Shown: positions 13,431 to 25,116 of the stretch, piece after piece
Numbering within the stretch: position 1 is the first letter of the stretch
Layout of the letters: the number at the start of each line of letters is the position of its first letter
Source: Felis catus
Taxonomy: Eukaryota
Direction of reading: 5' to 3'
NCBI RefSeq assembly: GCF_018350175.1
Contig: NC_058368.1
Location: 14,014,001-14,078,000, forward strand
Length of the DNA stretch: 64,000 nucleotides
Notes under the pieces: generated by a model
Told to the model about the DNA's origin: nothing
Database searches by the model: none
Seen by the model: only the letters and a program-made list of their open reading frames with translations
Program-made: the position numbers and the translations under genes

Positions 13431-14911
13431 AGAAGCCCCTATTTTCTAATGAAAAGTGGGTATAATACTAAGGTTCTTCCCAATGTTGAGGCTCTTTTCC
13501 CTTGCTCTTCCCTGGACGTGATGACCATTATGTCATATTTAAGAAAAGAATTAATCTGTAAGAAAAGAATCTTTTCTTCTGAATTGAATCTTTAAGAATT
13601 AATAAGTCATCATCAGGAGGTTCTAGTCAACTTAGTATTGTAATTTTATTTACTTTTATGTTATTTTGTTTCTGGGTCCCTGATCTTATTACCTAGGCTG
13701 ATAACTCCCAAAGCTTTTTTTTCTAGCTATCTTCTGTTTAGGCTCATATACCCAAACTCTGTAGAAGGTATCTCAAACTTAACATGCCCTAAATAAAAAC
13801 TACAAATCTTCTTCTTTGCACAATTTTTATTACTTTTGAAATTCTTTTTATTTAGAAATTTTAAAATTATTTTTAATTTTTTTAAAGACTTCCATTTTTT
13901 AGGAGAAGTTTTAGGTTTACAATAAAATCAAGAAGATACAGAGATTTCCCGTATACTCCCTTTCTCCCACATAAGATACCCTCCCCCTTAATCAACATCA
14001 CTCATCAGAATGACACATGTTTTACCAAGGATGACACTAAATTGTTTCAATGTAATGACCCAAAGTCTGCAGTTTATCTTAGAATTCACTCTTGGTGTTA
14101 TACGTTATGGGCTTAGGGAAAATGTAATAACAGTGTATCCATAATTAGAATACCATACCAAGTACTTTCACTTCCCTGAAAATTGTTTGTGCTCCACTTA
14201 CTCATCCTCTTCCTTCTCATACCCACCGCTTGGAAACCACTGGGCTTTTCATCATCTTCATATTTTTGTGTTTTCCACAATGTCGTAGTTGAAATCATAC
14301 AGTATGCAACCTTTTCAGATTGTCTTTTTTCACTTGGTAGTATACAATGAGGATCCCTTCATGTCTTTTCATGGCTTGATAGTTCATTTCTTTTTAGCTC
14401 TGAATGTATATATTCCTTTGTCTGTATATACCACAGCTTATGAACCCATTCACCTACTGAAGGACATCCTGGTTGTTTCCAAATTTTGACAATTATGACT
14501 GAAGCTGCTGTAAACCTTGTGCAGGTTTTTGTATGGATATAACTTTTCACCTTCTTTGGGTAGATACCAAGGAGCATGGTTGCTGGTTCATATGATGAAA
14601 GTATGTTTATTTCTGTAAGAAACCTCTAAATTGTCTTCCGAAGTGGGCATGCCATTTTTTTGCATTGCACCAGAAATGCATGAGAATTCCTGCTGCTCCA
14701 TAGCCTCACTGGCACTTGGTGTCGGTGGTCTGGAACTTGGCTATTTTAGTAGGTATGTAGTGGTGCTTCATTGCTGTTTCCTTTTGCATTTACCTGATGA
14801 CACGATATGGGGCATCTTTTCATAGCTTCATTTTTCATCTATATCTGCTTCATTGAGGTGTCTGTTAAGGTCTTTGGTTCATATTTTAATCAGGTTGTTT
14901 GTTTTCTTCAG

Positions 14912-15134
14912 TTTTTTTTAAAGATTTATTTAATTTTAGAGAGAGAGGGAGAGAGAGAGGGAGAAAGTGAAAGTAGAGGAGGTACAGAGAGAGAGGAAAG
15001 GGTGAGAGAGAGAGAATACCAAGCAGGCTCTGCACCATCAGTGCAGAACCCAATGCAAGGCTCAAACCCACAAACCGTGAAAGCATGACCTGAGCTGAAG
15101 CCAAATGTTCAACTGACTGAGCCCCCAGGCACCC
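14912..15134 (-). mobile_element. SINEC
   Basis: SINEC head/body with (GA)n tract inside the L1. Confidence 0.9.
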
Positions 15135-16389
15135 TCTTACAGTTCAGTTTTAAGAGTCCTTTTTATTCTTTGGATAACAGGTTTTTGGGGTTTTTTTGTT
15201 TTTGTTTTTTTTTGTTTGTTTGTTTGTTTTTATCAGGTGTATCTTTTGCAGATATTTTCTCCCGGTCTGTGGTTGTCTTTTAATTCCCTTGCTATTATCT
15301 TCTAGGAGAAGATTTTAATTTTAATTTTAATGAAGTCAAAGTTATCAATTATTTCTTAATGGATTTCTCTTTGGTATTATATCTAAAAAGTCATCACCAT
15401 ACTCAAGGTCATCCATGTTTTTTCTTATGTTATCTTCTAGGAGTTTTTTGGTTTTGCATTTTACATTTAGGTCTGTGACCCATTTTGAGTAAATTTTTGT
15501 GAAAGGTGTAAGGTGTATTTCTAGATGGGTAGTTGGTCAGTTTTTCCAGCACAATTTGTTGAAGATACTGTCTTTGCTCCATTGTATTACCTCTGTTCAC
15601 TTGTCAAAGATCAGTTGACTATATTTGTTTGTGTCCATTTATGGGATCTCTATTCTGTTTCATTGATCTGTTTTTTATTCTGTCCCCAATACCACACTGT
15701 CTTGATTACTATAGTTTTATAGTAAGTCTTGAAGTTAGTAGTGTCAGCGCTGTAACTTTGTTCTTTAATACTTTGTTGACTATTTTTTGCCTCTCTGTAT
15801 AAACTTTAGAATACATCGTCAATACCCATAAAATAGTTTACTGGATTTTTGACTAGTATTCCACTGAACCTATAGATCCGTTTGGGAAGAACAGACATGT
15901 TGACAGTATTTCTTCCTCCTATTCATGCACATGGAATATCTCTCCATTTATTTAGTTCATTTTTTATTTCAATTTGGAGAGTTTAATTTTTATTATATAG
16001 ATCTTATTTATATACTGTTAGATTTAGATACATAAGTATTTGATTTCTGGGGGGTGCTAATGTAAATGGTACTAAAATTTTAATTTCAGATTCCACTTGT
16101 TCATTGTTGGTTTGTAGGAAAACAATTTGACTTTTTTATATTAACCTTGTATCCTGCAAGCTTGCTTTAATTGCTTATTAGTTCCAAGAGTTTTTTTGTG
16201 GATTTTTTTTCAGATTTTCTACACAATCATGCCACCTGCAAACAAAGACACTTTAATGTCTCCCTTCCCAATTTGTATGTATGATGTGGAAAAGAAGTGG
16301 TGAGATGGGACATTTTGCCTTGTGTCTCATCTTAGTGGGAAAGCTTTAGTTTTTCATCTTTAAGTATGATGTTAGCTGTAGGTTTTTTT

Positions 16390-16587
16390 TAATTTTTTTT
16401 AATGTTTATTTTTGAGAAGAGACAGAATGTGAGCAGGGGAGGGGCAGAGAGAGAGGGAGACACAGAATCCAAAGCAGGCGCCAGGCCCTGAGCTGTCAAC
16501 ACCCAGCCCGATGCAGGGATTGAACTCACAAACCGCAAGATCATGACTTGAAGTTGGACACTTAACCAACTCCCACCTAGGCGCCCC
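16390..16587 (-). mobile_element. SINEC_Fc-type
   Basis: TSD TTAG(C/T)TGTAGGTTTTTT. Confidence 0.92.
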
Positions 16588-17450
16588 TTAGTTGTAGGTT
16601 TTTTATAGATAATCTTTATCAAGTTGAGAAAGTTCCTAGTTTACTGAGAGTTTTTATCATGAGTCGTTGTTGAATTATGACAGATGTTTCTTCTGCATCT
16701 TTTGATATGAGCATGTCATTTTTCTTTTTTAGCCTATTGATGTGACGGATTATATTTGATTTTTGAATCTTGAACTAGCCTTGTGTACTTTGGATAAATC
16801 CCACTTGGTTGTGGTGTTGTGTAATTCTTTTTGTACTTTTTTAGATATAATTTGCTAATATCTGATTGAGGATTTTTGCATATATGTTCATTGGAGACAT
16901 TGGTCTGTAGTTTTCTTAAAGTATCTTTGTCTAGTTTTGGTATTAGAGTGATGCTTAGGAAGTAGTTCCTCTGTTTCAACTCTCTGAAAGACATTCTAGA
17001 CAATTGGTATAATTTCTTCCCATTTAGAGTGTTTGGTAGAATTTACTCTAGTGATCCCATTTGAGCCTGGTGCTTTCTGTTTTAGAAAATTAATTGTTGA
17101 GTCAGTTTCTTTAATAGATACAAGTGTGTTCAGAATGTTTATTCCTTTCTGTGTGAGATTTGACAGCTTGTGCCTTTCAAGTAGCTGGTCTTTTTCATTA
17201 GGTTATTAAATCTATGGGCATAGAATTGTTCCTAGTATTCCTTTTTATTCTTTTAATTTCCATAGGATCTGTAGTTACATCCCTTCTTTCATTTCTGACA
17301 TTAGTATTATTTTCTGTCCTGTCACTTTTTTTTATTAGACTGGCTAGAGGTTATTCAATTTCATCGATGTTTTCAAAGAACTAGCTTTTTGTTCCATTGA
17401 TTTTCTCTTTTGATTTCCTCTTTTCAGTTGCTTTCATTTGTACTCTAATA

Positions 17451-17602
17451 ATTCTTCTTCCTCTTCCTCTTCCTCCTCCTCCTCCTCCTCCTCCTCCTCC
17501 TCCTCCTCCTCCTCTTCTCCTTCTCCTCCTTCCCCTCTCCCCCCTCCTCTTTATCTTTCTTCTTCTTCTTCTTCTTCTTCTTCTTCTTCTTCTTCTTCTT
17601 CT
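17451..17602. repeat. (CTT)n/(CCT)n polypyrimidine trinucleotide array
   Basis: Read directly from the sequence. Confidence 0.97.
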
Positions 17603-17699
17603 GTGCTTACTTTGGATTTAGTTTACTCTCATTTTTCTAGTTTCTTAAGGTGGAAATGTAGATTATTATTTAGATCTTTCTTCTTTTCTATAGGTGCAT

Positions 17700-18612
17700 A
17701 ATAGAGGATTCAGCACATAATTCCAGTGTGTAGAGAGGTGGTTCCCTCTACCACTGCCACTCCGAACAATTCTCTGTAACACTAGCTGATTGTCCTACAA
17801 TTTAATTCAATTCTAACACTGTCTACTTGGAGGTAGTGTCCGATGGCACACATTAATGGCCCTGTCGTAGAAGACTGCCGCTCTGAATTCAGATACCAGT
17901 CACAAGCCCAGATTATCTCCTGTGCTTCTGACCAACTGACTGTACATTGAGGGTTCAACCAACCCCCTCCTTGGACTTATGGTGCCAATCAGAAGTCTGG
18001 GTTGCTACCTGGATTTCTGATAGATTATCAATCAGAGGTTCCTACTATCACCTCCTTTGGTTTAATTAATTTGCTAGAGTGTCTCACAGAGCTCAGGGAA
18101 ACATTTTGCTTACTGGATTGCTGGTTTATTATAAGAAGATACGATAAAAGATACAGATGAACATTTAGATGAACATTTAGATGGAAGAAATGCATGAGGG
18201 CAACATATAGGGAAAGGCGCACAGAGCTACCATGCCCTCTTCAGGCATTCCACTGTCTCAGCATCCCCAGATGTTCACAGACCAGCTCTTCAAATCCTGC
18301 CCTTTTGGGATTTTGGTTGATTGAATCAATGGCCATTGGTGGTTGAACTCAGTCTCCAGTATCTCTGTTGTCCCTGGAAGACAGGGTTAGGGAGGTGGGA
18401 CTAAAATTTCCAACCTTCTCATCACGTGATTGGCTTCCCTGGCAACTAGTTCCCATCTTTAGGTGAGTACCCGAAGTAATCTCATTACCATGACAAAAGA
18501 CATTTTTCTCACTCTCATCACTTAGGAAATTTCAGGGATTTTAGGAGCTCTGTGCCAGAAACAAGGATGAAGACCAAATAAATATGTTGTTTTTATAGAT
18601 CACAATATCACA
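17700..18612 (-). mobile_element. MER21-like solo LTR inserted in the L1MC
   Basis: Minus strand begins TGTGATATTGTGATC...TTTGGTCTTCATCCTTGTTTCTGGCACAGAGCTCCTAAAA, like the MER21 5' end; candidate 4-bp TSD GCAT (17696-17699, 18613-18616); L1 sequence resumes on both sides. Confidence 0.8.
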
Positions 18613-21600
18613 GCATTCAGTGCTGTAAATTTCATTGTAAGCATTGCTTTCAATTCATTCCACAAATTTTGCTATGTTGTGTTTTCATTTTAATTTCATT
18701 CAAAATATTTTTAGTATCTCTTGAGATTCTTCCATCCGTGTTATTTGAAAGTGTGCTTTTAATCTCCACGTGTTATGTTCTTTTATTGATTTCTAATTAT
18801 TAATTCTATTGTGATCTGAGAGAAGACATGTATGATTTTTATTCACTTAAAATTAGTAAGTTGTGATTTATGGCTCCATTTGTGGTCTGTCTTTTTGAAT
18901 GTTCCATGTGAGCTTGAAAGAAATGTGTATTCGGTTGTTGTTGGATGAAGTTGTGTATAGATACCAGTCTTCTCCAGTTACTTGTTGGTGTTGTTGAGTT
19001 CAACTGTGTCCTAACTGATTTTCTGCATGCTGCATTTGTCTGTTTGTGAGAGAGGGAAGGATGTTGAAGTCTCCAGGTGTAATAGCGGATTCATCTGTTT
19101 CTCCTTGCAGTTACAGTGGTATTTGCCTCACGTAGTTTGATGTTCTGTTGTTAGGTGTATACACTTTAAGAAATGTTATGTCTTCCTGAAAAACTGACCC
19201 CTTTATCCTTATATAATACCTTCTTAATTAATCTCTGATAATTTTCCTTGCTTTGAAGACTGCCCTGTCTGAAATTAATGTAGGTACTTCTACTTTGTTT
19301 TGATTGTTGTTAGCTTGGTATATTTTTTTCTATCCATTTACTTTTAATCTGTGTCTTTATATTAAACTGGGTTTCTTGTAGACAGCATTATAGGTGGGTT
19401 GTGTTTTTCATTTCATTCTGACAGCTTCTGTCTTTTAATTGGTGCATTTAGACATTGACATTCAAATTGATTATTGATATGATTGGATTAATATCCATGA
19501 TATTTGTTCCTGTTTTAGATTTGTTGTTTTGTTTTTTGTTACAGTTTTTGTCTTCTAGTCTTTTTCTGCCTTTTGAGATTTTAATTAAGCATTTTGTATA
19601 ATTCCATTTTCTCTCCTTTCTTAGATATCAGTTTTTGTTCTATTTTTAACCTTTTTTTAATGGTTGCCATAGAGTTTGCAACTAATTTAAGTCTACTATC
19701 ATATAACACTTTACCACTTCATGGGTGGTGTGTGTACTTCATAACAACAAAATAATCATCATTCCTTCTTATCCCTAGTATCATTGCTGTCATTAACTTC
19801 ATATGTCATTGATTTCATATAGAAACATATATAAGCATATATACATATTCATACATAATGAATATACATAAGCATACATAATGAAATACAATGTTGGTAT
19901 TATTATTTTGAACAAACTGTTATGTATTAGATCAGTTTAGAATACAAAATTCAAACTTTTTTTTTACCTTTATTCCTCTTTAGTGCTCTTGCTTTCTTTA
20001 CATAGATTCAAGTTTCTGACCTATATTATTTTCCTTCTTTCTAAAGAATTTTTGTTAACATTTTTTGCAAGACAGTAGACTAGCAACAGATTGCCTCAGT
20101 TTTTGTTTGTATGAGATAGTCTTTATTTCTCCTTCACTTTTGAAGGATAATTTTTCAGGTTAGAGAACGTGAGGTTGCCGTTTTGTTTTTTTGTTTTTTT
20201 GTTTTTTCTTTTTCCTCTTACCATTTTTAAATGTTTACTGTATTCTCTTCTTGCTGGCATGATTTCTGAAGAGAAGTCAGATGTAATTCTTACCTAATTT
20301 TGACTATCGGTATTGTGTTTTTCCCACTGGCTTCTTTTAGGATTTTTTTGTGATGTTTGATTTTCTGTAAATTGAAAATGATATGCCTAGATATAGGTTA
20401 TTTTAGCATTTATCTTACTTGGTGTTCTCTGAGCTTTCTGGATCTATGTCCGACACAAATTTGGGGAAAATTCTCAGTCATTGTTTTTTTAAATATTTCT
20501 TCTGTTCCTTTGTAGCTTTCTTCTCCTGGTATTCCCATAGTGGATATGTTACACATTTTCTACTTGTCCACAGTCCTTGGTATTCTTCTTTTTTTCAGTT
20601 TTTGTTCCCTTTGGTTTGGGGTTTTGGAAGACTCGATTGATATATACTCTAGTTTACAGATTCTTTCCTCAGCTGTATTCAGTCTACTAATATTCCCATC
20701 AAACATGGTCTTCATTTCTTTTCCAGTAGTTTTTATTGCTAGCATTTCCTTTTGGTTCTTTCTTAGGAATTCCATCTCTTTGCTTATGTTGCCCATTTGT
20801 TCTTCTGTGATGTCTCTTTCATCCATTAGAGCCCTTATCATAAGGGCTTAGCATAATTTTTTCTTGATGGTCAGACACTGTGTATTTGGTAAAAGGAACT
20901 TCTGTAAATAGGCCTTTAGTAATGTGGAGGTGAGGCGTGGAGCAGAGAAAGTGTCCTTAGTCTTATGATTAGGTGTTAGTCTTTTAGTCAGCCTTTGCCT
21001 CTGGACTGTGAATTTCACGTGTTTCTCAGGGGTTTTGTTTTTGTTTTTTTTTCTTTTTCAATGCCGTTAGGTGGGAGGAGATGACTAGAGTTGACTGTAG
21101 TTGGATGTTTCCCTTCTCTAGGTCACTTAGGCTCTTAACTCAGCAGGTTAGGATTGGTTAACTGGTTTCTCCAAGTGCAGGCCTTGTTAAGAAAAGATTG
21201 CTGTCGTGTATTTCAAGTTCATTTTCCTTTGCCTTGCTGGAAGCCTGGAAGGATTTTTCTCTGCTATTTATTGTGAAAACCTGGTTTATTTCCTGGAAAT
21301 AAATCACCCAATAAATGTAGGGACCTTTATATAATTGGAAGGGTTGAAAGCACTCAGATCTAGTAATTTGTCAATTACAGTTCTGCTTTCCCTACCTGGG
21401 TACTGGTTGCCACAGTGGTTTCCACTTGGGTGTGTCTGCTCTGGTAACCCACGACTCCCTATAGTTTCCTGCTTGTCTCCCCAGTCTTGGGGGCATTGGT
21501 TTGCCCTCTTCCTCTCTCTTATTGGATCCTAGAAGAGCTGTGGTTTTTTAGTCTGTTTAGCTTTTTACTTGATAGAGTGGATGGACTGGTGGATTCCAGG

Positions 21601-21884
21601 ATTTTTACTTTCAGAACGAGAAACCTTTATATTGCTTTGTTTTATCCCTGTTACTGCTGGTTTGCTCTGGATTTGAGCAGCATTACAGAAGTGTGCAGCA
21701 GAGTGAGGAAACTGAAGCACTAGCAGTTTGAAAGCAGAAATGAAAAGAAGAGCCCCACAACCAGAAATTATCAGGGAAATCATGGAAAGGAGAGAACTTG
21801 GGAAGTAACTCAGTAACATTATATATGAATTCAGCTCTGAGTTGTAGCTTTGTGATTCTGATCCAAATCCGAAGTTCTAGCCAT

Positions 21885-23780
21885 TGGAGGAAGGCAAGAT
21901 AAAGAATTAAAAGTTATTTACATTGGAAAGGAAAAATTAGAACTATCCCTTTACAGATGACTTGGTTTCTTACGCAAAATAAATTTTATTTCTTTGCATT
22001 AACAATGTGTATTAGGAAACCAAATGCAAAATACTTTTAACAATAGCTTCAGAAATTTAAATACTTAAAATATAAATGTCCAAACATGTAAGGATCTGTG
22101 TGCTGAAATCTCCAAATTGCTGATGAAAGAAATGAAAATATTAAATAAATGATGAGATTTATTGTGTTCATGTATAGGGAACTCAACATAGTAAGGATGT
22201 CATTGAATTGATCAATAGATTTAACACAATACCAGTTAATGTCCTAGCTAGATTTGTTTGTTGATATATGCAAGATGATTCTAAAATTTATATTAAAACA
22301 TAAAATAACTAGACTACCTAAATTGATTTTGAAAAAGAAGCAAAAGAATGATTTTGAAAAAGGAATCATACTTGCCTGCCTTCAAGACTTACTATAAAGC
22401 TATAATAATGAATGTAGCAAATGAATGTATTAGCAAAGCAATAGACACTATCACCAGAACAGAATAGAGTCCAGAAATAGTCTCCCAAATAAGGACAATT
22501 GATTTGTGGCAAAGGTGCAAAGTGAATCTAGGGGAGGAAAGATAGTTGTATGTCAAAAATGGCCATTGAACTAAACCTCACACTTAAAAAACATAAACTC
22601 AACATTAACTCTAACTGTAAAATATAAAACTATAGAACTTTTAGAAGAAAACATAGGAGATAATTTTTGTGATCTAGGCTATGCAAAGTCATTTTAGACA
22701 TGACCACAAAAGATACATAAAAGACAAAAATTGATAAATTTGACTTTGACTTCATCAAAGTTAAAATCCTTTAGTTAGCAAAAGATGCAATGAAAAGACA
22801 CATTACAGCCTGGAGGAAAAGAGTAGAAAATACTTTATTTGACAAAGGATTATAATCATCAAGAATATATAAAGAAGTCCCTAAAAGTTTAATAGTAAGA
22901 AAACATAAAATCCAATAAAAAAAATGGGCAAAAAGTTGAACAGACACTTAACCAAAGAAGATATAAGGATGTCAAAATAGCACATGAAAAGATGTTCAGC
23001 ATCATTAATCAACAGGGTAATTAATGTATAATACAACTAGTAGAAGGTACAGCTACACACTTAGTAAGATGGCCGAAGTAAAGAATACTCATGGTGCCAA
23101 GTGCTGGCAAGGATGAAAAACAACTGGAATATATTACTGGTGAATTTCCAAGTGGTACAGCCACTCTGGCAACTTGGCAGTTTATTACAAAGGTAAACAT
23201 ACACATTTACCTTGTAATTCAGCTCCTCTACTCCTATAGGTTTATATTTATGAGAAATGAATGAAAGCTGTGTTTCACAGAAGAAGCCTTTGTGTGAATG
23301 CTTATAGTAGTCCTGTTTGTAATTATTGTTAACTAGATGTAACTCAAATGTACACAAATTGTGGTAATCCATTCATACAATGGAATACTCTTTTACCAAG
23401 TAAAAGCAATAAACTCTTGATATATGCAACTACTTGGATGAGTATCCAAGACAATATGTTGAGGTCAAAAAACACAAATTCAGAAGATTCCATGCTATAT
23501 GATTCAATTTATATGACATTCTTGAAATGTCAAAACTGTAGTGATGGATAAGAGATGAGTAGTTACTCAAGATTATGGGAGTTGGAAGAATGTGATTTGT
23601 AAAGCTCTAAAGAGATGGAATATATGAGGGCTTTTTTGGTGTGATGGAACAGGTCTGTATCTTGATTCTGGTAGGATTATCAAAATCTACATGTATAGAT
23701 TTTCAGAATTGTACACACACTGAAGAAAAAAAGAAGTAAGAAGTCAGTTTATTGCCTGATCATTTAAATAATAATTTTAA
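21885..23780 (+). mobile_element. Old LINE-1 3' fragment (L1M-type), ORF2 RT to 3'UTR
   Basis: L1 ORF2 motifs 'ttcaagacttactataaagct', 'aaatgggcaaaaagttgaacagacactt', 'gtggtaatccattcatacaatggaatac'. Confidence 0.85.
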
Positions 23781-23855
23781 AACACCAGAAAATTCCTGGG
23801 CATTTGTAAAGCCTAAGTATCAAATAATTATTTCAGCTTTCTGTGTAGTCAGCTG

Positions 23856-24071
23856 TTTTTTTGTTTTTGTTTTTGTTTTTATAAGAGAGTGAGAGAGACG
23901 GAGAGAGAGCCCGAACAGGGGAGAGGGCCAGATGGAGAGAGGGAGAATCTGAAGCAAGCTCTGTGCTCAGTGTGGAGCCTGATGTGGGACTTGATCCCAT
24001 GACCCTGGGATCATGACCTGAGCCAAAATCAAGAGTGTGACGCTCAACCAACTGAGGCAGCCAGGCACCCC
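23856..24071 (-). mobile_element. SINEC
   Basis: Head at 24071; TSD GT(C/T)AGCTGTTTT. Confidence 0.92.
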
Positions 24072-24806
24072 CACGTTAGCTGTTTTAATACTTATTTTCT
24101 TTATTTGACAATTTTAGCACTTCCAGGGTGTATTTTTAATCCTGCTTCTGTTAAACAGACTGGGCCTTGACACCAGGATAAAGGATTGGCTATTTGGTTC
24201 CCCTGCTATGACATATTTTGATCTTGAAGGGCATCACACATGTGTCATTATGTCTCTATTTTATTTTTGAAATTTTCAACTTCTTAGGTTAGGAAGATAC
24301 AACATTAAATTTCTAAAGTATTCATGTATGCATGGATTGTACATGGTTACTAGTAACTGCCACTTGTAACTTGTCTACTAAATTTTCATAAAGGGACAAG
24401 GATGTTTAAAGTATTTTAAGTGGTCATTTTTCAATTGGGATTAAATTAGTAGGCTTTGAGACCCTTTTTAGTAAATATCTATTGGCTGTTTGTGGAGTTA
24501 TGAGTGGAGCTGGTCAAAGGCTGTTTTGTTCTCAAACTATGTAAATACTGGTAGGTACTATATATGAACATATAACTATGTCATAAGAGGCTTAGAATTA
24601 ATTCCTTTAGAATTAAACATGTTAAAATTTTGTTTCCATAGAAGACAGATTTTGAGACATTTCAATCACAATTTTATGAACTTTGACTTTTTGGCTATAA
24701 CATTTTTCAGAAATAAAATAGGTTGATGAAACATAAAATCAAAATCTGTTACCAAAGGAAGGTAAAAATGTGTGATTCCCTGATGAACTTTAAAATAGGA
24801 CCGTTA

Positions 24807-24938
24807 GGGGCCCCTGGGTGGCTCAGTCAGTTAAGTGTCTGACTCTAGGTTTCAGCTCAGGTCGTGATCTCATCGTTGCTGAGTTCAGGCCCCATGTCGA
24901 GCTCCACGCTGACTGTGCGGGGCTTGCTTGGGATTCAT

Positions 24939-24978
<40 letters not shown>

Positions 24979-25020
24979 TCTCTCTCTGCCTGCCTCTCCT
25001 CTGCTTGTGTGCATGTGTGT

Positions 25021-25054
<34 letters not shown>

Positions 25055-25116
25055 AAAATAAATAAATAAATAAACTTAAAATAAAATTAAAAATAATTAA
25101 AATAAAATAAAAAGAT
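24807..25116 (+). mobile_element. SINEC with long (CT)n
   Basis: TSD TAAAATAGGACC. Confidence 0.93.

Larger units (their letters stand above)
13890..21620 (-). mobile_element. Old, near full-length LINE-1 (L1MC1-like), decayed, with nested SINEs, LTR and microsatellite
   Basis: L1MC-type 3'UTR at ~13890-14300; ORF2 remnants (14359-14577 LLGIYPK...WKQPGCPSVGEW; 16734-17003 ITLIPKLDKDT); ORF1 remnant 20560-20841 (EQMGNISKEME...RLNTAEERI). Confidence 0.85.

Noticed and set aside
17397..17701. Poly-Pro, poly-Leu and poly-Ser ORFs
   Set aside because: Trinucleotide microsatellite artefact
21678..21804. Purine-rich exon-like stretch between two L1s
   Set aside because: Weak donor, frameshifting length and an in-frame stop; no other support
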